64,000 bases of DNA. Source: Mobula hypostoma (lineage: Eukaryota). This document shows, piece by piece, positions 25,701-34,949 of this stretch (position 1 is its first letter; each line of letters opens with the position of its first letter). The notes beneath the pieces were generated by a model, which saw only the letters and a program-made list of their open reading frames with translations, made no database searches and was not told the DNA's origin. The DNA is taken from the NCBI RefSeq assembly GCF_963921235.1, contig NC_086103.1, positions 157,666,001 through 157,730,000 of the forward strand, written 5' to 3'. A program made the translations under genes and the position numbers.

Positions 25701-28700
25701 CAACATTTCCTTCCATTGTTATGCTGACGACACACAGTTTTTTCTCCCCTTGAAACTAAATGACCAGTCAAACCTAGTCAGCCTTATGAACTGCCTTGAG
25801 GACATAAGGTTTTGGATGGCACAAAACTTCCTACAGCTTAATGAAGGCAAGTCTGAAGTTGTCCTATTTGGCCCCCCTGAATCCATCAAAGTGATTACCA
25901 ACAGCCTTGGTAACCTGTCCACCCTTGTCAAACCCCGTGGCAAAAACCTTGGTGTGATATTTGATTCCGCCTTTCAGTTTGACAAGCAAGTTAGTGCGGT
26001 AGTAAAAGCCATTTTTTTCCAGCTTCGAACTATTGCCAAAATCAAGTCGTTTCTCTCTTTCAAAGATCTCAAGAAAGTTATCCACGCCCTTATATCCTCC
26101 CGCTTGGACTACTCCAGTTCCCTGTATACTGGGATTAGTCAGTCGTCCCTGTCCCGCCTGCAACTGGTCCAGAATGCCACAGCCAGGCTCCTGACAGGTG
26201 CCCAGAAGAGGGACCATATTGCTTCTATCCTGGCCTCACTCCACTGGCTACCAGTACGGTTTAGAATTGATTTTAAGGTTCTCCTGTTTGTTTATAAAGC
26301 CCTAAATAGGCTGCCCCCCCCTCCTATATCGCAGACCTTCTAACCCCTTATTCTACTTCCAGGTCCCTCAGGTCAGCTGACTTGGGGCTCCTGGCTGTCC
26401 CACAATCTAAACTTAAGTTCTGGGGTGACCGCGCCTTTGCTGTTGTAGCCCCAAGACTGTGGAACAGCATTCCCCTTCCTATCAGATCTGCCCCTCCATT
26501 GACTCAAAAGTCCAGGCTCAAAACTTACCTTTATTCACTAGCGTTTGAATCTTCCTGATGTGGCTGATTTTTTGGCTTGTGCTTAGGCTCATGTGTTGTT
26601 TATTTTGTGCCTATAAGCTGTGTGCCTTGTTGTTTATATCTGTGTTTCTTGCATTTGTGATTTTAGCTACCTGTTATGGATTGTACAGCACTTTGGCCAA
26701 CATGGGCTGTTTTTAAATGTGCTTTATAAATAAATTTGACTTGACTTGACATCCCCCCCACAAAAAAAATCCCTGAATTCCAAATGAAGTGAAATTACTG
26801 AACTTAGCAGTCACTTTCTGTTAGATAGGAGTAATACAGGCTGTGGGGCAAATTAAGGTAAGTAGAGTAACATGGGCTGTGGAACAAATTAAAGTGTGTG
26901 GAGTAAGAATTAGTATCAGATTTATCTCTGATACGTGTCTTGAAATCTGTTCTGCAGCAGCAGTGTAATACAATACATTAAAATATACTCTGAATTACAA
27001 TTAAAAAGTACAGCAGAAATATTGAGGTAGTGTTCATGGATAGTTCAGAAATCTGATGATGGAGGGAAAAGCTTACTTAGGCCCATTACGCCGCTGGCAT
27101 TTAGGGCAGCAATGAAGCTCCTCCATCTCTGGCTCCGTTCATCATGTCAGTAGCTTCCTCTCAGATCTCACTACTATCAGTCATACAAGTCCTGAATGGA
27201 GACTCAGGTGGTCTCGCTCAGTTGTGGAAGGATTCTTCATTGCTTTCTTCATCTGTAACAATTTTGTTTTACCAGTCAGGATTATTAGGCCTGAGCTGAA
27301 CCTCCGAACCTAGGGGACCGGTGGACCACCCTTTGACCTGTTTGGCATGGGTGACCCTACCAACACCCAAAACAAAAAGTCCTGACTCAAGCCAACATAG
27401 CTCTCCAGGTCTTTGAGGTATGCAAGCTTCTAAACCCAAAGACAAGGTTGTGGTCCTCTTGGAGCGATGGGAAAGAAACTGTCCTTAAAATGTGTGTGTA
27501 TGTCTTTGGGCTCCTATACCTCCTCTATGATGGTAGTAAGGAGAAGAGGGCATGTCATGGTTGGTGGCAGTCGTTAATGATGGATGCCACCTTTCCAATG
27601 CATCGCCTTTTGAAGATGTCCTCAATGCTTGGGAGGCTGGTGCCCATGGAGCTGGCTGAGTTTACAACCTTCTGCAGCTTTTTTCCAATCCTAAACATTG
27701 GCCTCTTCTTACCAGATGCTGATATAACTGGTTAGAATACTCTCCATAGAAATTTGCAAATCTTCTCAAATTCCTAATGAAGTAGCCAGTGGCATGCCTT
27801 CTTCAATATGTTGGCCCCAGGATAGATTTTCAGAGATGTTGACACCCAGCAACTTGAAATTCCTTACCTTTTTCACCACTAACATCTCAAAAAAGTCTGG
27901 TGTGTGACTTCCACTTCCTGAAGTCTACAATCAATTTCTTGGTCTTACTGATGTTGAGTGTAAGGTTGCTATTGCAACACCACTCAGTCAGCCAATCTGT
28001 CTCACTCCTGCACATCTCCTTATCACCATCTCAGATTCTGCCAACAACATTTGTGTCGTTGGCATATTTTTTGGTGTTTGTGCTGTGCCTAGCCACACAA
28101 TCGTGGTTGTAGAGAGGGCAGAGAAGGGGCTAAGCAGGAATCTTTGAGGTGTTGATTGTGAGTGAGGAGGAGATGTTATTTCTGATTCTCACTGACTGTG
28201 GTCTGATGATAAGTGGATGCAGATTAGATTGAATGTCCGACTCTTGTACTCTTGTTTCACCTTGCAAGGAAGAAATGAACAACAAATTAGTGCAAAGGAA
28301 TCAAGAAACTATTAGATGACTGAAAAGCCATTTTTAATTTTTTTAGTTCATCTCAAAGTAAATGGTAAGAGATGAACTGGAGACATTAAAAATTTAACTG
28401 CCTGTCTTTTGGTTGTTGGGTTTATATGCCTGTTAATAAATCATTAATACTGACTCACAGAATCTCTTTTCGGACCTAATGTCTCATGACAGTCTATTGT
28501 CACAGTTCCTACCCTACTGTACAATTCTGGAATTTACTGGTATGGGATGGTAAATTTGACAAATGAAACCTTTTAGAACCTCGTAGAAGTTGAGGTGGAC
28601 AGATTCAATTTATTCTTTAATGTTGCATCCAATGCACATTACAGAGGAGATAACATTTCATCTCATCACTCTAGTAATTATATTCCTTTTGTAAATCATA

Positions 28701-31700
28701 TGGAATATATGAATGTCAGCAAGTTTCAGCAGAACAATTTCTTACCGCTCCAAAACAGACAATAAATATTTTGTATATTCAATATGGACGTGTGGTCGTA
28801 TTTCTTAAAAAAATAGCAAAGCATGGTTAAGACTCGCTGAAGCAGTTTATGAGAGTTTAACCCTGTACTTAATGCATGTTGTAACTAAACCAACTTCTGC
28901 AAACACTTTAAAAAAACTTGTTTTTTTTTTCAACACAAACCGACATGGAACATTTTTGGGAAGAGAAAGGCCATAATAATAAAAAAAATTAGAAGCAATT
29001 CTGGAAATGTAGAACTAAAACAAAATATAGTGGATTCTGGTTAATTAGTCCATTTGGCTAATTGTGGCAGCCGCTTATTTGGGACAATTCTTAAAGAACA
29101 AAAAAAATTGGGAAAACAGCCGGGGTTCCCTTTGATTATTTGGGACACTATGCCGCTTAATTGGGACAGAGTCTGTTGCCAAACATTTTCTAACTAGCTT
29201 CAGTCGCATGAACCTCTGTGGCCGTTAGACACCTCACCGTGCTTAGAATGAATGGTTTTTGAATTGCGTCAGTTGTGTGTGTTTGTGTTCAAAAAGCAGT
29301 GATTTTTGTCACTGATAGTTGGTGAGAAATAGTTGAAAATTGTTTTGCTCACTGTAGTTTCAAACATTCTGGTGTGGAGATGCTTGAAATGGCTGAGTGG
29401 AAGTGAAACTATTTCACTACTTTAACAAGTTAGGAACTACAAAGAATTTGATGGTGTTGACAGTCATCTTGAATGTTACAATGAAGATGGAGATTTGGAG
29501 GATGCAATCACCCTAAGCATTGTATGAAGGCAGTCCATTATCTGCACTAGGTGTCTATGCTGAATTTGTTCATTTACACTCAAATCAAAAGAACGTGTCT
29601 GCAAACACTGGATGAATCTCTCTGTCGATAACTATTAGGAACTAATACAGTTTTATACTACTGTAGCAATTTTGGTGGTGTTCCAATTTGTTTTCTATTT
29701 CTTTTAAATACGTTTTTTTTACTCAGTTAAATGGTAGTTTGTCTTTTTTTCATATGTTTTTAACTATTTCCATGAAACTTCAGCTAATTGGACAGCCGCT
29801 TAACTAGGCCAAAATGTACTGGTCCCAATGTGTCCAAATTAACGGAATCCACTGTATATAAATTTTGTATGTAAATATAAAAACAGCATGAAAATATGAG
29901 TGGTCTTCTGTTATTTTAAACCCCAGCTCAGGAAGCTGTAAACATTTTTTGTGGGAGTGAAGGAAGAGTGGTGCCTTGCTGAGATTCCTGGTTGTCTCCA
30001 TAGCAACCATTATCCTAATGCTCTCTATAAGTCAAAAGCCTTTCAATTTCCCTAGGTTCAGCTCTCACTAGTAACAAACAAGCAGAAAATGCTGTAAATG
30101 CTCGGCGAGTCAGGCAAAATTTGTGCTTTGTCTGAGAGCTGTGAGACCAGTCAGAGCACCTGCACAGCTCTGTTCTCACTCCATCTAATCTGGCCTCTCC
30201 TAACACATGGTCACATGGTCCTCCCTCCTGGGAAGCCTCAGGTGGATGTCCCCGTATCACATGGATACGGAGAGGAAGCTGTCCAGGGTGGTGCAGTGTT
30301 TACTGATGTTTCCAGACTTGGCTGACTTAATGTGTAGGTGGATCTATGGATAACAAATCAGCAGACAAGGGCTGAGTGTATTAAATGTTAGCAATCGCTT
30401 GGAAAGTGATCTTCTGCCATTAATATTTCAATTTGATCCTGATTTAACAGAGTATTGTTTTTCCAGTGTCAGGAACCTATCACATTGGCCCACTCTCGGC
30501 TGACACCGGAAAGGCTGATAATGTCGATGGTGAAATAGAAACTATTGAGTTGGATCCAGACAGATTTGAACCTAGATCTGATGATGAAGACACGTAAGTT
30601 CAAAAATGATTCAGGCAATGGTATAGCAAACTCCTCAGCACCTTCATTTAAAAGGAACTGACAGCATGGGATAGTGAGCAAAAGTACTTTTGCCCTTCTG
30701 GATAAGTGTTGAGTGGAAGGTCTCTTAAAAAGGGAGGGCAGAGCTAACACTGGGGTTGCTATCAGTATTTATCTCAATCTCATTGTGGTGATTATCTGCA
30801 AATTCACCTGATTGTTTCATTGGCTTGATTTGTAAACCTTGGGCAACTTACTTAGTCCTGATATTGCAAGATAATTACAGGGGACAAGGCCATTCCCTCT
30901 AAAAAGATATAGATTAGATTAGATTATTAGGACACTCAGTCCTCGTTTATTGTCATTTAGAAATGCATGCATTAAGAAATGATACAATGTTCCTCCAGAG
31001 TGATATCACAAAAAAAACAGGACAAACCAAAGACTAACACTGACAAAACCACATAATTATAACATATAGTTACAGCAGTGCAAAGCAATACCATAACTTG
31101 ATAAAGAGCAGACCATGGGCACGGTAAAAAAAAGTCTCAAAGTCACAATCGACTCCCGATAGTCCCAATAGCAGGCGGCAAAAGGGAGAAACTCTCCCTG
31201 CCGTAAACCTCCAGGCTCCGACATCTGCCGATGCACTGAAAGCAGCCGACTCTGAGTCTGTCCAAAAACTTCGAGCCTTCAACCGGCCTCTCCAACACAG
31301 CCTCCTGAGCACCATCCTCTGCCGAGCGCTTCGACCTCACCCCAGCCGCCGAGCAACAAGCAAAGCCGAGGACTCAGGGCCTTCCCCTCCCGAGATTCAG
31401 GATCACACAGTAGCAGTGGCGGCGAAGCGGGCATTTCAGAAGTTTCTCCAGATGTTCCTCTGTGCTCTCATGTCTGTCTCCATCAAATCAGGATTGTGCA
31501 CGGCACCCTACTTGACAGATAACAGACATCACCACCGGAGTGGCCACTGTGCGCTGTGTTGCGTCCCCATCTCCTCCTCCAGTTGCAGTTAGGAATGAAA
31601 TGACTACTGTCCAGAAATTGCAACATCCTGTTGCCCCAGTCATTCTGTAATTCTTAAGCTACTTCCCTCCGATCCATTAGCTCTTCTAGGCTGTCCAGCT

Positions 31701-33140
31701 GAATGAAGTTTCTTAATTTGAGGCTCTCCATTGGTTGGGGTGGATGCTGGATGTTGTGTCCCAGCCGTCTACGTGATACACAGGTCAGTATGAAAGCCAG
31801 GGCAGTACAATATGGAGAGCAAGCTGTTGCCCATGTAGCAGACTGCTCCTCACCACCAAAGGAATGGCAAAGACCGATACTTCTTGGCCAAGCGGCATTG
31901 TGGGAGTCGCCAGTCAGCATTGAGCTCAATGAAGGACTGCTTAGGGACCCAGGCTTTGGATTTTTCCTTGGACTTTACTCATGACGCCTTCATTGTGAAT
32001 GGGTATAGCTGCAAGGCAATAGAGGTTTGAGATCAGAGTTTTCCTTCTCCTAGATGAGCTGCCAACCTTGGCTGACAAGCCTCATTTGCCTGAAGCAACT
32101 GGTTTTAAGGCACCAGTAACCCACCTTTGCCTCTTATCAATAGAAATGGTTCTGCTGGTCTTGGTAGCTAAGCTACATTTGAAGCCCAGAAGCTAGACTT
32201 GGTTGTCAGAGGCTATTTGGCATGTATGCCATTGAGAGCATTTGATAGCTAGTGCAGTTTATCCCTGCTACAACCCCCCAGTTATAACTATCTTAAGGAG
32301 CCTTCTTAATCTATGCTTTTCATATAAACTAGAAATAGTTCCAGTACGATTCTGTGGCACAACAACCCACTTGATATTCCTCTCACTATCCCACCATCAC
32401 GTCACCAGCACGATGCTATCTCGACTATCTACTCAAGTCAAGCTTATTCTCATATGCACAGAAAACAGTCTGCAATGAAAAACTTACTGGGAGCAGCATC
32501 AGAAGCACAACGTATCATATAAGGAATATTTACAGGAAAAACATCAATTACAGGTTTGACAAGAAAAAACATAATTATACCAAAAAACACATTTGAAGTT
32601 GTCATGGTGTTGCTACTGAGACAGGCTTGTGCAGGTTAGTTCAGGAGCCAAACGACTGAAGGGAAGTAGCTTGAACCTGAATGTGGTGATGTGGGACTTA
32701 GGGCTTCTGTACCTGCTGGCAGATGCCACTTTTTCCCATTATCGTGCACCCACATTCCTGATTTTATTTTTGCTTAATGTGTTATATCACTTTTCAAGTA
32801 GGTCAGCAAGGTCCAAGATTGGGGGGTTTTGGAGAGTAGCAGGTGTGTATTCTGCACCTGAATGCACTGGAATTCTAGAGCAACGTTAGGTTTCCCATGG
32901 CTTTAACATTTAGCATAATTCCTATGAAGGCAGGGCTGTCTGGAGTCATCTGAAATGATGCCAGAGCAGAGCTATCTGTCCAACTCTCAATATGATCCAG
33001 ATTGAATAAAATACTGTAGATGTTTGCATGGAGCTTTCTGCTCTCTTACTGTTTGTTTTCTCTCTTACAGGGACTTTGAAGAAGAAGACGAGCCAGACTG
33101 GGTGGATGAAATGAAGAGTCTGCTGGAGAATAATCTTTAA
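1630..33140 (+). CDS. NEK3: NEK3 serine/threonine kinase, 5'-partial. Coding exons: 1630-1723, 4665-4762, 5959-6042, 6302-6369, 7220-7306, 8957-9011, 12683-12883, 12985-13063, 13158-13219, 16374-16485, 17013-17168, 17284-17418, 30467-30593, 33071-33140
   Basis: Exons total 1428 nt and give 475 aa plus stop in one frame. Kinase motifs HRDIK, DFG and [12 protein letters not shown]3-diagnostic segments [38 protein letters not shown] and the C-terminal [28 protein letters not shown]. Confidence 0.93.
1905..3615 (+). mobile_element. Rex1/Babar-type LINE 3' fragment, split by the PLE at 2149-3369
   Basis: Degenerate [19 protein letters not shown] coding trace; 3' tail gataataaatttaccttgaactttg. 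Confidence 0.65.
2149..3369 (-). mobile_element. Penelope-like retroelement, 5'-truncated (RT C-terminus, GIY-YIG endonuclease, 3' region with decayed hammerhead)
   Basis: ORF 2531..3376 has [12 protein letters not shown] and [26 protein letters not shown]; 15-bp TSD cccacaa(ct/tc)tatgga at 2134-2148 and 3370-3384. Confidence 0.88.
3998..4483 (-). mobile_element. Tc1/mariner deletion derivative
   Basis: TIR agtggccacttta / taaagtggccactgagtg followed by TA; transposase trace LKWMGYSS. Confidence 0.75.
4665..4762 (+). CDS. NEK3: NEK3 exon 3 ([33 protein letters not shown])
   Basis: tacag| ... |gtatac; 98 nt; hinge MEYCDGGDL. Confidence 0.93.
5379..5472 (-). mobile_element. 94-bp PLE-terminal mini-insert starting at the hammerhead
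   Basis: TSD tggggtgtaa at 5369-5378 and 5473-5482. Confidence 0.75.
5959..6042 (+). CDS. NEK3: NEK3 exon 4 ([28 protein letters not shown]), GC donor
   Basis: ctacag| ... aag|gcaagt; 84 nt, same size as the paralogous NEK5 exon. Confidence 0.9.
6302..6369 (+). CDS. NEK3: NEK3 exon 5 ([22 protein letters not shown])
   Basis: ttcag| ... |gtaaat; DFG motif. Confidence 0.93.
7016..7113 (-). mobile_element. PLE-terminal mini-insert truncated within the hammerhead core
   Basis: TSD cagctgct at 7008-7015 and 7114-7121. Confidence 0.65.
7220..7306 (+). CDS. NEK3: NEK3 exon 6 ([28 protein letters not shown])
   Basis: ctacag| ... |gtttgt; 87 nt; activation loop. Confidence 0.93.
8050..8840 (-). 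mobile_element. Rex1/Babar-type LINE 3' fragment
   Basis: ORF 8458..8814 [41 protein letters not shown]; (gattct)n tail. Confidence 0.8.
8957..9011 (+). CDS. NEK3: NEK3 exon 7 ([18 protein letters not shown])
   Basis: tttag| ... |gtaagt; 55 nt. Confidence 0.93.
9071..9122. repeat. Tandem duplication of ctggtatagtttaacatagttatc (28-bp period)
   Basis: Two identical 24-mers at 9071 and 9099. Confidence 0.85.
9487..10004 (-). mobile_element. Tc1/mariner deletion derivative, same family as 3998 and 37205
   Basis: Shared body and the end taataaagtggccactgagtg followed by TA. Confidence 0.75.
10020..10152 (+). mobile_element. PLE terminus beginning at the hammerhead core
   Basis: ctgacga-agggtctcggccc-gaaac-atc-gactg followed by the family 3' end. 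Confidence 0.75.
10180..10590 (-). mobile_element. CR1 LINE RT fragment
   Basis: ORF 10285..10545 [19 protein letters not shown]. Confidence 0.8.
10929..11454 (-). mobile_element. CR1 LINE 3' fragment
   Basis: [35 protein letters not shown]; CR1-type 3' UTR. Confidence 0.85.
11455..11585 (-). mobile_element. 131-bp PLE-terminal mini-insert starting at hammerhead stem I
   Basis: Perfect 15-bp TSD tatctccttcctcaa at 11440-11454 and 11586-11600. Confidence 0.85.
12029..12238. repeat. Three degenerate tandem units of about 85 bp (caatc..ggaactgtg(a/g)cat), probably CR1 5' UTR remnant
   Basis: ggaactgtg(a/g)cat three times and gcttcttttaaactc twice. Confidence 0.55.
12683..12883 (+). CDS. NEK3: NEK3 exon 8 ([16 protein letters not shown]...FLSPE)
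   Basis: catcag| ... |gtaaga; 201 nt; inside ORF 12671..12907. Confidence 0.93.
12985..13063 (+). CDS. NEK3: NEK3 exon 9 ([26 protein letters not shown])
   Basis: cacag| ... |gtactt; KEEFS also present in the paralogous NEK5 exon. Confidence 0.85.
13158..13219 (+). CDS. NEK3: NEK3 exon 10 ([21 protein letters not shown]), less certain
   Basis: ttttcag| ... |gtttgt; supplies the phase 1 to phase 0 change needed to join exon 9 to exon 11. Confidence 0.65.
14954..15202 (+). mobile_element. tRNA-derived V-SINE (HE1-like)
   Basis: A box tggcacagtag, B box ggttcaattcc, V-domain gttctccccatgactgtgtgggttt..gtgctccagtttcc. Confidence 0.7.
15512..16076. mobile_element. hAT (Charlie-like) MITE with a nested tagggttgcca-type insert (about 15598-15945)
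   Basis: TIRs caggggtccccaacc / ggttggggaccactg; perfect 8-bp TSD acataaat at 15504-15511 and 16077-16084. Confidence 0.88.
16374..16485 (+). CDS. NEK3: NEK3 exon 11 ([37 protein letters not shown])
   Basis: gttaag| ... |gtaagg; open frame with compatible phases. Confidence 0.75.
17013..17168 (+). CDS. NEK3: NEK3 exon 12 (...[22 protein letters not shown]...)
   Basis: catag| ... |gtaaat; long polypyrimidine tract; NEK3 RxxW repeat. Confidence 0.85.
17284..17418 (+). CDS. NEK3: NEK3 exon 13 ([45 protein letters not shown])
   Basis: attag| ... |gtaaga; resembles the NEK3 RKQW...TYT segment. Confidence 0.88.
17500..17696. mobile_element. Fold-back PLE terminus with two opposed degenerate hammerheads
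   Basis: Minus arm ends ...ttcatcaggac; plus arm cagtcccgacaaagggtctcagcccgaaaggtcgactg. Confidence 0.7.
18117..18817 (-). mobile_element. CR1 LINE 3' fragment
   Basis: ORFs 18216..18482 and 18528..18764 with [20 protein letters not shown]. Confidence 0.85.
20097..21226. mobile_element. TcMar Tigger/pogo-like non-autonomous DNA transposon, containing the SINE at 20519-20814
   Basis: Ends cagtggattcc / gagtctattg followed by TA; inverted homolog at 29028-29854. Confidence 0.7.
20519..20814 (+). mobile_element. Full-length tRNA-derived SINE with CORE-like centre
   Basis: A box tggccaagtgg, B box gttcgagcc, gtgtccttgagcaaggcacttaacc, (actttа-type) actttaactttaac tail; degenerate 12-bp TSD at 20507-20518 and 20815-20826; absent from the sister host copy. 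Confidence 0.85.
23170..26750 (+). mobile_element. Near full-length L2-clade LINE with a single APE-RT ORF broken by about six frameshifts
   Basis: ATG 23183; APE motifs INARSL..VTETWL, GRGGGLA, VYRPP, HTLDL; RT motifs [41 protein letters not shown]; tail aataaa-(ttgac)n. Confidence 0.92.
26910..28200 (-). mobile_element. Decayed Rex1-type LINE 3' fragment hosting the RTE insert
   Basis: Similar to the 8050-8840 copy (tcttaatgatgga, aacttgaaatt, ttggtcttactga). Confidence 0.65.
27073..27464 (-). mobile_element. Bipartite non-autonomous RTE derivative (5' end fused to 3' end)
   Basis: Minus strand starts accttgtc..gcttgc..gagctatgttggc..ggtagggtcacccatgccaaacaggtc and ends ttcattgctgccctaaatgccagcggcgtaatgggcc-taagtaag. 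Confidence 0.65.
29028..29854. mobile_element. TcMar Tigger/pogo-like non-autonomous DNA transposon
   Basis: TIRs tagtggattctggttaatt / aattaacggaatccactg flanked by TA. Confidence 0.75.
29994..30007 (+). promoter_or_regulatory. RFX X-box GTCTCCATAGCAAC in NEK3 intron 13
   Basis: Full match to the X-box consensus in non-repetitive DNA. Confidence 0.5.
30467..30593 (+). CDS. NEK3: NEK3 exon 14 ([11 protein letters not shown]...[15 protein letters not shown])
   Basis: ttccag| ... |gtaagt; GPLS and LDPxRxEP motifs. Confidence 0.9.
30906..31578 (-). mobile_element. Non-autonomous LINE derivative, Rex1-type 5'/3' bipartite
   Basis: Minus-strand 5' end agatggggacgcaacacagcgc; 3' aataaa plus (aatct)n tail. 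Confidence 0.55.
31650..32260 (-). mobile_element. RTE-derived non-autonomous element
   Basis: Minus strand ggcagctcatctaggagaaggaaaactctga, typical of RTE 5' UTRs. Confidence 0.5.
33071..33140 (+). CDS. NEK3: NEK3 last coding exon ([22 protein letters not shown])
   Basis: ttacag|; TAA at 33138-33140; acidic PDWV motif of the NEK3 C-terminus. Confidence 0.92.
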
Positions 33141-33735
33141 CCAAAATGTTATTTTCTTTTCTATTTAAATTCTATTAAGTCATCAGGTGTACATTGTTAG
33201 CCAAATGCCTGGTTGAAATCCATAAAGAAAATTGGGCTCAAAATGCAGAGGATTAGTAGTCTTCTAATTTTAATTTAGTAATTAAAGTTTGTTTAACTTT
33301 TTATTTTAATAAGCAAATCCCTGTTGAATCTTAAGACATTGAGAATAGTTTCCCTGCAATAACAGTAGTCAGTTTATTAACTTAAACTGAACGTTCTCTG
33401 GAAAAGCTGTGAATTAAAGGCAATACTGATTTTATGAACTGCACTTTGCACTCTTTGACTTTTCATCTCATCGACCAACAATACTAAGAATTTGTTTCTG
33501 CCCTTGAACTACATCTCCCTCTCATCCTCTGCTCCTAATTAGCTCTATCTGTCTGATCTGTTACAGGTGCCAGAATCTTCATCCTTCTTTACTTCGTGTT
33601 CTCTGTACTTCTTGTCTTGATTGTTTGCTCTTTTCCAAAGCTGCATTGCTACCTGGGCCTCCTGGAGAAGGCACAGTCTTGAGTACTCACACAAGACACT
33701 GGAGCAATATCTTAATTGTGTTTTTATTTATTCTG

Positions 33736-33741
33736 AATAAA
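33736..33741 (+). terminator. Candidate NEK3 polyadenylation signal AATAAA (alternative ATTAAA at 33281-33286)
   Basis: Canonical hexamer about 600 nt after the stop, preceded by a U-rich tract. Confidence 0.45.
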
Positions 33742-33822
33742 GGTTGTTCGTATAAAAAGAACCTCAGAAAATGAATGTACTTGCTGGATTAAAAAATACA
33801 CATCAGCGAGAGAAAAAATAAT

Positions 33823-34012
33823 TAACACAAGATTCTGTAGATGCTGCCGGAAATCCAGAGCAACACTGACAAAATGGTGGAGGAACTCAGCAGACCAGGC
33901 AGTATCTATGGAAATGAATAGAGTCGACACGTCTTCAGCTTGAAACATTGACTCTTTATTCCTTTCCATAGATACTGCCTGACCTGCTGAGTTCCTACAC
34001 TGTTTTGTGTGC
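33823..34012. mobile_element. Fold-back PLE terminal mini-insert
   Basis: Inverted arms ggaactcagcagaccaggcagtatctatggaaa / tttccatagatactgcctgacctgctgagttcc. Confidence 0.75.
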
Positions 34013-34779
34013 AGCATGGGGGAAAAAGGCTGGCTTTATTTGGTTTTCCTATATATCTGCATGAAAATATAGGGAATGTCACATACCAGTCTTTCAGCCA
34101 TCCAGGAGTATTGTACTTAACATCTAATCTACAATTGCAGGAAACTATCCCTGTTTCCAAGAGAGAGGAAAAAAACACATGAAAAGGAATAAAATTAAGA
34201 GTCATCAGTGCAGTCATGGACATCTCAAAAAGTTGCTAAAGAAAATAAATCCACTATTTAGCCATTTTATTTTCTAGATCAACAAAATGTTAAGTTCGCA
34301 AACATGAAGTTATCACCCATTAACAGGAGCAGTTATTGGACTATGTTCGTAACTTCTCGTAGGAGTAAATACTGGATCATTTGAAATTACTTTTTGCGCT
34401 GTGCTGGTGAAATTTACTTTGTAATCACGTGCCAAATGTTATTTTCATTTTGGAACACTATTCAATGCTCCTGATTTCAATGAATTATTACAGTCTCATC
34501 TACATGTCCTGGGTCTTTAATGTTTTCGACTCTGATTGCAGTCTATGAGAACTCTAATATGGTTGAAGAGCCTTCTCAACACAGATCCCACAGATATCCA
34601 GCAGAGAGCAGCATACTGAAAATGATACCGCATTGTGACACTTTGCTGACGAACTCGTGAAAGTCTGTTGGTTGCTGTCAGTCAGGAAATATGAGCTTCA
34701 TTGTCAAGGTCAACCAAAATGCTACAAAATAAATTTAAGACCAACTTGCACCCTTCATGGATTTTCACTCTGTATTGAA

Positions 34780-34908
34780 TATGCTGGAAATCCAAAGCGC
34801 GCACACAAATTGGTGGAGGAACTCAGCAGGTCAGGCAGCATCCATGGAAAGGAATAAAGAGTCGACACTTCTGCCGCCCTGATGAAGGGTCTCAGCCTGA
34901 AACATCGA
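34780..34908. mobile_element. PLE terminus with an inverted hammerhead core
   Basis: Minus arm runs to gagtcgac, then plus-strand ctgatga-agggtctcagcct-gaaac-atc at 34879-34906. Confidence 0.65.
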
Positions 34909-34949
34909 AAATGCCCTGCAAATCAGACAGCAACTGCGGAGAGGGAAAT

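Noticed and set aside
26856-26905. Degenerate tandem duplication of about 36 bp
   Set aside because: Two diverged copies only, consistent with ordinary slippage.
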